From NCBI GenBank assembly GCA_043228905.1, contig JBHGNT010000014.1, positions 11,284,001 to 11,348,000 of the forward strand: a stretch of 64,000 bases of DNA, given 5' to 3'. The notes beneath the pieces were generated by a model. It ran no database searches. It had not been told where the DNA came from and saw nothing but the letters and a program-made list of their open reading frames with translations. The translations under genes and the position numbers were made by a program. Below are positions 13,867-24,823 of this stretch, piece after piece. Origin of the DNA: Azolla caroliniana. Lineage: Eukaryota > Plantae > Polypodiophyta. Each line of letters opens with the position of its first letter. Within the stretch, counting starts at the first letter, position 1.

Positions 13867-14859
13867 GATGCACGCTGTGGGTATGCAATAAAATAAGGAG
13901 GTTCAGAAAATACACAAGCAAAATGAATGCTTGAAATTTTGATTGAAAGAACTTTATCCAAGAAAGTATCTCATGTCTTTACCCCTCTAGACATATGAGA
14001 TGTGATTCGAGATCCGATAACTATGGTAACACTATGGTGTTTTAAAAACCATGGGGGAAAACATAGCTAAGATGTATTTCTCGGATCTCTATCTTGAGTA
14101 ATCATGGCGGCTCCCCGAGGCTCAACCATGGTTCTTACATCAATGAAATTTCCTAGATAGCCTTATATTAATGCCAACCCATCATGTATTATATGGTCGA
14201 GAAAGTGTATTATGTGAAAAAACAAGTGCACTCACAAATAATATTCTAGTCTTGCGAGCAATAAGCAAACGTGATGATAAAATGATAAAATAAGGCACTA
14301 CTCATAAGAGTTAAGTAGTGACGAAAACAAGGGTAAAAAAAAAGAACCCATGTGTTACCTACGAAAAAAACAATGTCACAAATAAATGGGAAGTGCAAGG
14401 TATGCACATTTACATCCCAATATGATTGTTATAACTTGCACAATTGTGACATAAGCCACAAATTGATACAAGTGATGACGGTGTTGTGCGCAAAGATGTA
14501 ATACTCAAATCCATGAGTAAAACATCAATAAGGGAACTCATATGGTTTTACTCGTTTTCTAAGGCTTGATGATAAGAGTTAAACCTAGATGACCCGTTGA
14601 AAAAAAATCGTTCAACAAGCCTCTCCATACGAAAAAATAGTCTACACGTAAAGGTTACATTAAAAATAAACGATGTAAATACTTTATACATGAAAAGGAA
14701 GTGGAAAAAGGAGAGTTAATTGTGGGCGGGTAAATAATAATTACTAGAAAATCATATAAGTGAAACAATACTTATGAAATTAAAATTTAATTAGAATAAT
14801 CAACAATTAGGTGTATGGAATCAAACATGCCCTAAGATACGAAACCCTAGGGTAGTTGA

Positions 14860-15290
14860 CATGCACCTCCTCAAGACCACCACCTATCCCTAGAATCGGC
14901 CAAGTAATGGCTAATTAAAGAGGAAAGTGGCATAGGTAAGTGACATATACCTCGTCAAGGCCACATCATCCCTTAGAATCGGCCAATTGATGGCTAATTA
15001 AAAAGGAAAGTGGCATATGTAAGCTACATATACCTCGTCAAGGCCACATCATCCCTTAGAATCGGCCAAGTGATGGCTCAATAGAGGGGAAGAGTGGTAT
15101 ACTCAACATCATATGCAAAACAGCCATGAGATAAGCGTGTGCGATTAGAGCAAACACGCTCGACCCAATGCACAAGAATAATTATTATCGTAAGAGTTCA
15201 AGAGAGGAGAGAGTGGGATATATATCGCAATATGCAAAAGGCCATGAGTTGAGCGTGTGCGATTAGTGCAAACACGCTCGGCCCGATGCA
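14860..15290. repeat. Tandem repeats in the G3 5' leader
   Basis: About three copies of ...CCTCGTCAAGGCCACATCATCCCTTAGAATCGGCCAA... and two copies of GCCATGAG..AGCGTGTGCGATTAG.GCAAACACGCTCG. Confidence 0.75.
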
Positions 15291-15319
15291 TAATAATAAG
15301 TAAAATCGTAGCATAGTAG

Positions 15320-18300
15320 GGTTCCTTGCCTGCCTGGTCTCCGACCTCTGGTTGGGTTGGTTGTTCCGTAAAAATTTGCTGCTCCGGTTCTGCTTGATTC
15401 TGTGGTGCCGGTGCTTCCTCACCGTTTCGTCCGGGTTCTTCCTGTTCTCCCTCTGTTCCAGGCTCTGTTCTGTTACCAGTGTCGCTTTCTCCAGTCTCGA
15501 CTCGTCGGCTCGGTACGCCTTCTTCCTCTGCTTTGGTGTCTTCCGGTCTCAGCTCTTCTTCTTCTCCGGCATCGGTCTGCTCCTGCTCTTCTTCTTCTCC
15601 TTCGAACGGAAGTTCTTCTTCGGGTATTCCTCGTCGGGGTTGTTCGGTGTCGGTTGGTTCAACTTCAGTTGGTCGCTCTCCCTCACTTATAGTGATTGGC
15701 ATCATTCTTCCCTTGGCTTCCTGTCGTAACCGGTCCTGCTCGTATTTCTCCAACTCCAACTAAGTTGCGAGCTGCCCGTCATCCAACCTCTCTACCAACC
15801 CTCGGATTTCTTTGAAATGTTCTTCCGCTAAAGCGTAGAAATCCTCCGACAATTCTTCCCGAATGGCGACGATACTTTCTTCATCCATCTTGTAGAACTT
15901 GTCACCGGTCTTCCTCCGATTCTCAGCATCCGCTCGGAGTGTCTACAACTCGGCTGCCTGTTGTGACCACTCCTTCCATAGCTTTTCCGTACTTTCGTTG
16001 ATGCTTGCCTGAGCTCGGGTACTCCATCCTGACATGATGAGCTTGATCCGGTCAACCCCCGCCTTAGCATGCGCATAAGCTTCTTGCTTTTCCTTCCTTG
16101 CCCGTTTTATAATGTCGGCCATTATTTGAGCCTGGGCCTCGTAATCCGCTTTCTGCTTTTCATAGGTACTTTGCAGTTTGCTGATCGTGAAGGTTGATTT
16201 TTCCTTTTCTTCATTCCTGATCTTGGTCAGATCCAGCTTTTCCCGCCTTAGCGCCTCTAATTCCTTCCTTCTCTCCGTCGCTTGGGCTATTTCTGCCGAC
16301 AATGCTTCCTTGTTGGCACTGACCTCATCCATTGCCTTAGCCAGGTCTAATCGGGTCTCTTTGAGCTGTTCTTTCAGCTTCTCTATTTGCCGGTCGTAGT
16401 CTGTTGCCCGTTTCTTGTTGTCCGACTCGGCCTGCTTGTGATCTTGGTAGAGACGGTCGAAGTCCTCCGTCTTCTGCTTCAGGCGTCGGTTTGCCTGAGC
16501 TCTTAACCGATCGTCCCAGTCCTTCTGTTGTCGGAGTTCTTCCTGCAGTCGTTCTATCTCCTGCTCGGCATGTCGACGCAGTTGGTCCTTCTCCTTTTGC
16601 AGCTTCTCTTTTTCTTCTTGCAGTCGGTCATTAGTGGCTCGGCCTTTCCGGAGGCCTTCTTCCATTTTTCGTCTGTCGTCCTCCACCACTTTCCGTTGCT
16701 CCCTTTCTTTTTCCCTTAATGCTTCCTGAGCTTTTAACTCCTCTCGTAAGGTTTCTATTATTTTTTCGGTCTCAGGGCCGGTTTGCAAGGCTACCGGTTC
16801 CGGTTCCGGTTCTGGTTGCTTCCTTGTTGTCCCGACCGGCTCGGTGACAACTTGTGCTTGTTGAATTCCTTCCCTTGCCTACAACAGCTCCCCTTGCATT
16901 TCCTCGATCTGTGTTCGGAGCACGACCAACTCCTGAGTTGTTGTATGCGTCAGCTGTTGCCTACACGTTTCTTCTTCTTCTAACTGGTCCGCTACTCCCG
17001 ATAACTGCTCCGAAAGCCATCTCAGCCATTGTGGCTTTGTGCTTCCTATGTCGGGGTAGCCTTGCTCACTTCTACTCCTTAACTCAGTCTATTTTTTCGG
17101 CCTTTTCTTTGGCTCTGGCGCTTGTTCATTCTTCTTCTCTGGGATGACCGGTTCTCTGAAGTCCGGCACAACCGGTGTCGGTGCTGCTTCCCTCGGTACG
17201 GGTTCCGGTACTGCTTCCGCCTCGGCTACTGGAGGTGGTCCTTGCGCCCTCTGCTGAGTTTTGTCAACTGGTGGAGCCGGTCCTTTCGCCCGTCTCTCCC
17301 GACCTTGTCTTGCTGGGAGTCTTACCAGTGGTTCGGATGAGTCTTCTGTTTCAGCTTCTTCCTCCGGTGCGGCTACCAGACGGACCTTTTGTATAAAGAC
17401 CTCTGGTTCCGGTTCCGGCCGTCGTAGCATTATATTGATTGGTTTGCGCGCTACCGGTTCCTCCTCGGCCGATTTCCCTTTGCCTTTTCCTGCCAATTTT
17501 GCCTTTGTTGCCGGTTCCTATTGCTGTCGGGATGGTCCTTCCCCCCGCTGTTCTGCTTCTTGCTGGGTCCATCTGGGGGTGTGTTTCTCCAGGATCTGTC
17601 GGCGCTTTGTGACCTTTTTCGGCGTCGTCTCCTGCCGACCTCTTTTCTTTTGTGTGATGGGGAGCACCGGTGGGACTAACACCGTTAGCCATTGTGCTAT
17701 CCCGGCCCATGGCTTTTTTCCTTCCACAAGATTCTTGATGGCCTCCTTCAATCCTTCGGTTATGAAATGGAGCCAGTCCACTTGTAATCCTTCGTAGGCT
17801 GCAATTAAGAACGCTGCCCGGTACCTGGCTATGGCCGGGGGACGAGGATTCACGAATCCGTATTCCATCATGGCTCGGGCCACTTCTCCGAATAGCAGGT
17901 TCTCTCCGCCCTGTGTTCGGTACGCCTTGCTGCTGATAGAGTACTCACCGAAATATTCGAACAGGATTTCACTTGAAGGGTTTTCGATTGTTTGAAGTCC
18001 TCCTGCTTTTATCCCTGTGAGTGCCTGCACCGCTCCTTCCGTGATTTCTGATAAATCAATCGATGCTGCCGCCTGCTTTGGTTCTGCGTGTGGTGGAGCG
18101 TCGGCGATCCGCAGCAATCCTTTTAACCCGTTCTCCCTCATCCATTGGCGTGCCTCCTCCGACAGTACCATTGTTTCGAATTCTTCTTCTGTTGTCTGTT
18201 GTTCGGGATCGGGCTGTGTGTGCGTTGTGCGTCGGATTGCTCTTCTGTGCTTCTGTGCCTGTGTGTAGGAAAATTCGTAAAACGTAAGTCCTTCGCAGGC

Positions 18301-19005
18301 CTGTGTCTTATATAGTGGCTTTTGCCTCGAGCCGCCCTTTTTTGTTTCCCGCGCATGTTCCTCTCCTGCCATAATTAAGAACGATGCCCGGTACCTGGCT
18401 ATGGACGGGGGATGAGGATTCACGAATCCGTATTCCATCATGGCGCGGGCCACTTCTCCGAATAGCAGGTTCTCTCCGCCCTGTGTTCGGTACGCCTTGC
18501 TGCTGATAGAGTACTCACCGAAATATTCGAACAGGATTTCACTTGAAGGGTTTTCGATTGTTTGAAGTCCTCCTGCTTTTATCCCTGTGAGTGCCTGCAC
18601 CGCTCCTTCCGTGATTTCTGATAAATCAATCGATGCTGCCGCCTGCTCTGGTTCTGCGTGTGGTGGAGCGTCGGCGATCCGCAGCAATCCTTTTAACCCG
18701 TTCTCCCTCATCCATTGGCGTGCCTCCTCCGACAGTACCATTGTTTCGAATTCTTCTTCTGTTGTCTGTTGTTCGGGATCGGGCTGTGTGTGCGTTGTGC
18801 GTCGGATTGCTCTTCTGTGCTTCTGTGCCTGTGTGTAGGAAAATTCGTAAAACGTAAGTCCTTCGCAGGCCTGTGTCTTATATAGTGGCTTTTGCCTCGA
18901 GCCGCCCTTTTTTGTTTCCCGCGCATGTTCCTCTCCTGCCATAATTAGTATGTCCTTTCTTGCTTGCCACGTGTGAGTGCCCACGTTCCATGCTTTAAAT
19001 AGCAA
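15320..19005 (-). pseudogene. Extra 3' ORF of G2 (coiled-coil protein), disrupted, with an internal 570-bp duplication
   Basis: ORF pieces 17518..19005, 17089..17496, 15943..16788 and 15145..15759; homologous to the G1 extra ORF; probable start MVLSEEA at 18741 or 18171. Confidence 0.8.
17803..18947. repeat. 570-bp in-frame tandem duplication
   Basis: 17803-18372 matches 18373-18942, bounded by AATTA microhomology; ORF-track peptides recur at an offset of 570. Confidence 0.95.
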
Positions 19006-19154
19006 GTACGCGCACGTCCTTCTTTAATGCATGGTGCCTCTTCGTTGCATGGTGGCGCTCCCACCTCTTGTGATCTCCCCATCACTACTATGATTCACGT
19101 CGATTTTTCCCACGTCTTTTTTTTTTTTTTTTTTTTTCCTTTGTTTGGACCATG

Positions 19155-22100
19155 TCATTTTCTGGTCCCCCCCGATTTGTTCGGGTCGGTTCGCGCTGAT
19201 ACCGAATCCTTCTGTCGGTTTTCCGGGATAGTCTTTGGTAGTATCGGTGTCGGTTCTTCCTCGGTCCGGATATCTTCGGCAGCGTCTGTCGGTGTCGGTT
19301 CCTCTTGCCGGATTTCCAGGTTTTGCTTGAACGGGTTGGCTGGCATATTTCCCTTATAAGGCTTTAGCCGAAACCCATTTGCCCACTTACCGATGACATC
19401 TCCAGACAACGTGCCGAGCTGATACGACCCATTGTACTCCTTGGTGATCCAGAACGGTCCGGTCCACCGAAACCGCAACTTTCCCGGCATGTTCCCCATT
19501 CGTGTCTGGAATAGTAGCACCGGTTTCCCGACTTTGAACTCCTTTTCGTTGCCACGCCGGTGTCGGTCCACGAAAGTTTTTCTCCTCCTTTGCTCCAGTT
19601 CGAGTTGTAGTAAGCTGGCTATTCGGTTTTCTTCTAATTCCAACAACGTCGCCAGCCGGATTCGTTCGGACTCCTTCTCACTTAAGCGCTCCTTTACCTG
19701 AATCCGTAAGCTGGGGATCTGGAACTCTACAGGCATGACCGCTTCTAAACCGAATGCTAGTCGGAACGGGGTTGTCCGGATGCTGGTTTTGTACGTTGTT
19801 CGTTACGCCCATAGTGCGCTTTGCAATTTCGTATCCCACTCGGTCCGGTTCTCGTTGACAATTTTTCGTAGGATGTTCTGCAGAGTTTTGTTCGTTGATT
19901 CCGCTAGTCCATTGGCTTGAGGGTAGTAGGGAGTACTCCTTTTATGTACCACCGCGTAAAATGACGTCAGGCTTTCTACTACCTGCCCGAGAAAATGTCC
20001 TCCTTGGTCACTTATAAGCTCGATCGGGCATCCATACCGGCACCATATGCACTCATACAGGAACTTTGCCGTGGACGCGGCCGTGTTGTCCCGTAAGGCC
20101 TTTGCTTCTACCCATTTGGTGCAATAGTCGGTCGCCACTATGACATACCGATTTCCGGTTCGCATTGTCGGTGGCTTGAAGGGACCGACAAAGTCCAAAC
20201 CCCACTTTTGAAATGGTTCCAATGGCAAGACCGGGTGGTGTGGCATCCGGGCCTGCTCCGTGGGTTGGCCCAGTCGTTGACACAAATCACATTCTCTGCT
20301 ATACTTCACGGCATCTTTTAGGGTGGTGGGCCACCACAGTCCGCTCTGCCATATTTTCCAAGCGGTTGCGTCGCCGGCATAATGCCCGCCGGCAATTCCA
20401 CAGTGGGCTTCCCTGAGGATTAAATCCTTCTCATCGCTCCGCACTGCTCGTCTCCAGATGCCATCTGCCCCCTTGTGATAGAGGGTGTCTCCAACCAAGC
20501 AGAAATGTCTGCTTCTTACTGCTACCCTTTTCCTTTCATCGCGGTCCATGTTCTCCGGGGGTACTCCAGTGCTCAGGAACTGATGCATCTCAGTTAGCCA
20601 CGTGTCTTCATCGGCTACCGTTGCATCCGTTGCCGGTTTCGTCGTGATCCGGAACAACTCGGCGTCGAGGAACTCATCCTGGACGCCGTCCCCTGCTTCT
20701 CCAGATTCGAGTCTGCTTAGGTAGTCCGCTACCGCATGCTGCGCCCCGGGTCGGTGGAAAATGTCGAATTCAAATTCCTGTAACAGCAGTGTCCATCGTG
20801 AAATTTTTCCCGTCAGGGATGCCTTCAAGACCAGGTAGAGTAGTGCCGAATGGTCGACATGGAAGGAAAACTTCCTTCCGAGCAGATAGTGCCTGTACTT
20901 TGTGACACTATACACCATTCCCAATGCCTCGCGTTCCGTCGTAGAGTAATTCCGTTCGGCTTTTGAGAGTTTCCGGCTTGCGTAGTACACCGGTCGGTAC
21001 CATGTCGGCTCCGTGAATTGCATCAGAACGCTGCCGATTGCTACGTCCGACGCATCGACGAAGACGTGAAAGCTTTTACTCCAATCCGGTGGTTGTACCA
21101 CCGGAGCTTGCGACAGCATAACCTTCAACGCTTGGTAGGCTTCCTCCTCCGTCTCCGCCCATAGGAAGGGTACCCTGTGTACGGCGGTATGTAATGGTGT
21201 AGCGAAGTCTGCGAGGTGTCGTATCATCCGGCTATGCCACCTTATTTGGCCCAGGAACCGGCTTAAAGCCTTTGCGTTATTTGGTGTTGGTGCCTCGAGA
21301 ATCGCCTTTACTTTATCCGGATCTACCGCGATTCCTTCCTTACTCACCACGTGCCCTAGTAAGTTGCCGCTTGCCACTCCAAAGACGCACTTGGCCGGGT
21401 TCAGACTCAACCGGTACTCGCGGCACTTCTCCAAGCACAGCCGGAGGTGATCGAGATGCTCTCCGTGTCAACTGTAGACCGCGAAATCGTCAAGGAAGAC
21501 CTGCATAAAACCGGGGATATATTCCCCGAAAATTTCCATTATTATCCTTTGAAAGGTCGTTGGGGCCGTCTTTAGTCCGAACATCATCACGACCGCGACG
21601 AACACTCCCCATTCCGTAACGAACGTTGTCTTCTCCTGGTCGGCCGGGTTCATTCGTATTTGGTTGTAACCGCTAAATCCATCCAGGAAGCTGTAAACTT
21701 CGTGGTCGGCTACCGCATCTAACACCCCGTCCGTAAATGGTAGTGGAAACGCATCGGTCACTGTTGCGGCATTTAGTTTCCGGTAGTCCACGCATACCCG
21801 GATTTTGCCGTTCTTTTTCGGGACCACCACTATCGGACTCAGCCAGGTTGCCTGCTTGACCGGTCGGATAAATCCGACCCGGAGGAGCTTATCAATCTCC
21901 TCCTTCACCTTCGCCGCATAATCCGGATTCATCCGGTACCTGCGTTGAGCGATCGGTTTCGCGTCCGTACTTAGGTGAATTTGGTGCTGATAGAGCTGGG
22001 GGTCCAGCCCTCGCATGTCTTCGTACGACCACGTGAACACATCCTTGAAGTCTGTTAATAATGCTACCATTGCCTTCCTCCGGGTTGGAGAAGAATGCCG

Positions 22101-24232
22101 GTGTTGGCGTCGGCTTCGGTTTGCTCACGGATGCCTGTAAGTCTGCCGTAAACCGTGGCACCAACTTGTATTAGCCGTGCTAACGGCAGCACGATTTGAG
22201 AGTCCTGTAGCGCTTGCCACGTCGGGTTTTCTCCCGGCTGTATGATTTCTTCGTCTTTTGGCATATTTTGGTCTCTTACTTCTGCCGCATTCTGTTCATT
22301 GGCCTCCTTGATCCATTATGCCGCTTGTTTTCTGATTGCCTCCTGGGCTTCCCACTCGGCGGTCTTTCCCTTTGACCGGGTTGTGACCTGCTGTACTTCT
22401 GTTATTTCGGCTGTAACCATGTTGACTACCGGCTGCTTGTCATTGGTCTTGCTTGGGCATTGGTTACTATAGTGGACTTCCTTACGGCAGTAATAACAGT
22501 ACACCTTGTGACTGTTGCTCGTTTCTCCTTTGTCCCCGGTTTGGAGGGTGGTTATGCTTCGGCAGTCGTCTTCGGTTTTTCGGTTATCCAGTACCGATAC
22601 CGGGTTGTCATTCCTCGCTGCCTCCCGACGTTCCTCTCTTCGGAAAAATCCACGCTTCTGATTCCGTCGGAAATTTCGGTTCCCTTGTCGCCTCTCTTCT
22701 CTGCGTCGTTCGTATTCCGGGGATTCGTCTCGGTCGTACCGGTCCTGGGGGTAGCTATCTCTGCGTTTCTCCTCTCGGTCATAGTTATCGCGTCTTCTAT
22801 CAGCGTATCTGTTACCGCGTTCGCATTGGTAGCGGTCCTCTCTCCAGAATCGATCCTCATCCGGGTTCTGATTGCGCGGTTCTATGTGTCGAACCGGTGC
22901 TGCCTGCCGATTTAACAGGTTATATTCGCATCGGTCCGTTGTATGGGCTCGAGAGTTGCAGATCATACATTGTGTCCGCAGGGTGCAGTCTACTGTTGAG
23001 TGGCCCAAATTTAGGCATGTTGTGCATTGTAAGGCCTGTCGGAACCTCAGGTCTTCCTCCTTCGGGAGTGCCCGGTGTAACATCCCCATCGACAAGAAGG
23101 GGCTAGTCTTGTCCATTTCTAAAACCCGATCAATAACTTGGTCCATTGTGCTGGTGTGGAAATCAAGGACTCCGCACATTGTTCGAAGTGGCTCTTTCAG
23201 CGCGGCTAAAAAGACTGCTTTGGCTTCATCTTCGGGTGGTGCTCTCATCAGTTGGCTATGCAGGGTCTGAAACCGAATGATGAATTGTGACACAGTCTCG
23301 TACTCTTCCTGCCGGGTGGTGTAGAACTGCCCGACCAATTCCCTTTGCTCAACTTGTCTGTGAAAAAGCCTGAGGAATCTGGCCTTCAAGGCATCGAATG
23401 TGGCAAAGCTGCCCGGTAAGTGCTTTGCGTGCCATCGGGCCGCTGGTCCTTCTAAGGTTATGCCGAATTCGGCGACTTTGGATCGTTCGGCTTCGGGCTC
23501 CGTCAGTCTTTGGGAGACATGGTTGGCTTCCCATGTTTGGAGGAATGCGTACACGTGTGCCTCCGCGTCGGGCTCATCCCGGTACTTTGGGTATGGGTAC
23601 GGCATCGTGTCGTCCAACTGACTCTCCTACTCTCTCCACTCTTTGTCCGCCGTTGGCGTCGGTGTGAGAACCTTTGGTTCCTCCGCGGTTGGTGCCGGTA
23701 TTCGCTCCTTCAGTTCCTCCGCGGGTGTTGCCGGTGTCCGGTCCTTTGGTTCCTCCGCGGGTGTTGTCGGTATCCGCTCCTTCGGTTCCTTCGCGGGTGT
23801 TGTCGGTATCCGGTCTGTTGGTTCCTCTGCAGGTGTTGTCAGTATCCTGTCAGCCTCCCTCAGCGATTGCCGGTCACCGAACTCCAAGGTTATTTCTTCC
23901 TCTGGCTCCGGTGTTACTGAGTCTTCCGACCCCTCTTCCCCCGGGTCGTTTGGTGTGTCGTGGCTGCTTTTATACCGGGACGCAACGCTTCCGTCGCTTT
24001 CCGACTCCGCCTCAAGTGTTGCGAATGCTTCCGAGTCCCCGTCGCCCCCGACGAGCGCCTGTAGTATCGTTTCCGCCTCTTGCAGGCTTGTTATGCTACT
24101 GCCTTCGTCGGGGATTTGCAGAACCCGGAACTGCGGTGTATCGTCTCCCTCGTTCGGTGATGTGGTCGTCGTTTGGTCTAGACATCCATCCCCCGGTTGT
24201 CCTCTGCACTTTGCAGGAATCGTGGTCGCCAA
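19155..24232 (-). pseudogene. G2 gag-pol, with several stops and the protease region deleted
   Basis: gag with knuckles CTTCLNLGHSTVDC and CMICNSRAHTTDRC; RT VFLDD; INT HCGIAGGH...CDLC and SDQGGHF; NPEEG joined directly to MVALLTDF. Confidence 0.9.
23660..23850 (-). repeat. 39-bp tandem repeat (13-aa RIPTTPAEEPKD-like units) in the G2 gag N-terminal region
   Basis: About five copies visible in ORF 23627..24232. Confidence 0.85.
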
Positions 24233-24237
24233 AATAG

Positions 24238-24616
24238 TGTTGTCTGCCTGGCCGGACTAGCCTCAACACAGGTGTCTATCCGACACTTCTCCAAAGGGGT
24301 GGTAAGGATTGGATGCTAGGTTACACGCGTAAGATGATTACAATTAAGCACAGACGGTAAACAATACGAAGATACAGATAAACACGCAATAATTACTTTT
24401 GTATTACTTCTGTCAAACCCTTTACAAATCATTGGATCCTTTTATAGGCATCCGGCAAGGTTACAATCGGTGCGCTTAGGCAACCGACATCCGAATCGGT
24501 CTGGATCCGGATCGGTACAATTGTACCGGATCCGTCCCTCCGAAGAATAATTCTACTATTATTTACTTCCTATTATCCGATCCGACTCCGCCTTCCCACT
24601 TTTCCTTGCTCTTCTG
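24238..24616 (-). repeat. 5' LTR of G2, outer (U3) end missing
   Basis: Adjacent to the PBS; no terminal CA on the plus strand; abuts a duplicated copy of G1 sequence. Confidence 0.85.
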
Positions 24617-24823
24617 ATACCTGATGAGTTGCTCCAGGGTTGGATTGTCGATCGTGAGTATGCCTCCCTCCGGAAGGCCTGTTAACGCTCGAATCGCCTC
24701 TGCCGTTATGACCTCTGTGTCGATTTCTTTGATCACTTTGTCGGCTTCTTTGTGTGGCGGTACTTCCATCATCATCAAGAAGCCCTCGAGCCCGTGTTGC
24801 TTTAGCCATGTCTTGGCGGCTTC
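24617..24823. repeat. 207-bp direct duplication of G1 host sequence flanking G2 (other copy 8533-8739)
   Basis: ATACCTGATGAG...GGCGGCTTC present on both sides of G2, with 3 substitutions seen. Confidence 0.92.

Larger units (their letters stand above)
8982..15320 (-). mobile_element. Ty3/Gypsy chromovirus G3; 3' LTR 8982-9455 present, 5' LTR and PBS missing (right boundary approximate)
   Basis: TGTTAAG...ATAACA LTR with PPT AGGGGAGTA (9456-9464); gag-pol with chromodomain; repeat-rich leader abuts the G2 extra ORF near 15320. Confidence 0.88.
8740..24616 (-). mobile_element. Ty3/Gypsy Athila-like element G2, nested in G1
   Basis: LTR copies begin TGTTGTCTGCC at 8740 and 24238; PBS TGGCGACCAC 24222-24231; gag 22316..23617; RT 21468..22070; RH/INT 19155..21434; both LTRs incomplete. 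Confidence 0.9.

Noticed and set aside
23627-24232. Separate upstream ORF in G2
   Set aside because: It is in frame with gag across a single TAG and homologous to the G1 gag N-terminus, so it is a disrupted gag start.
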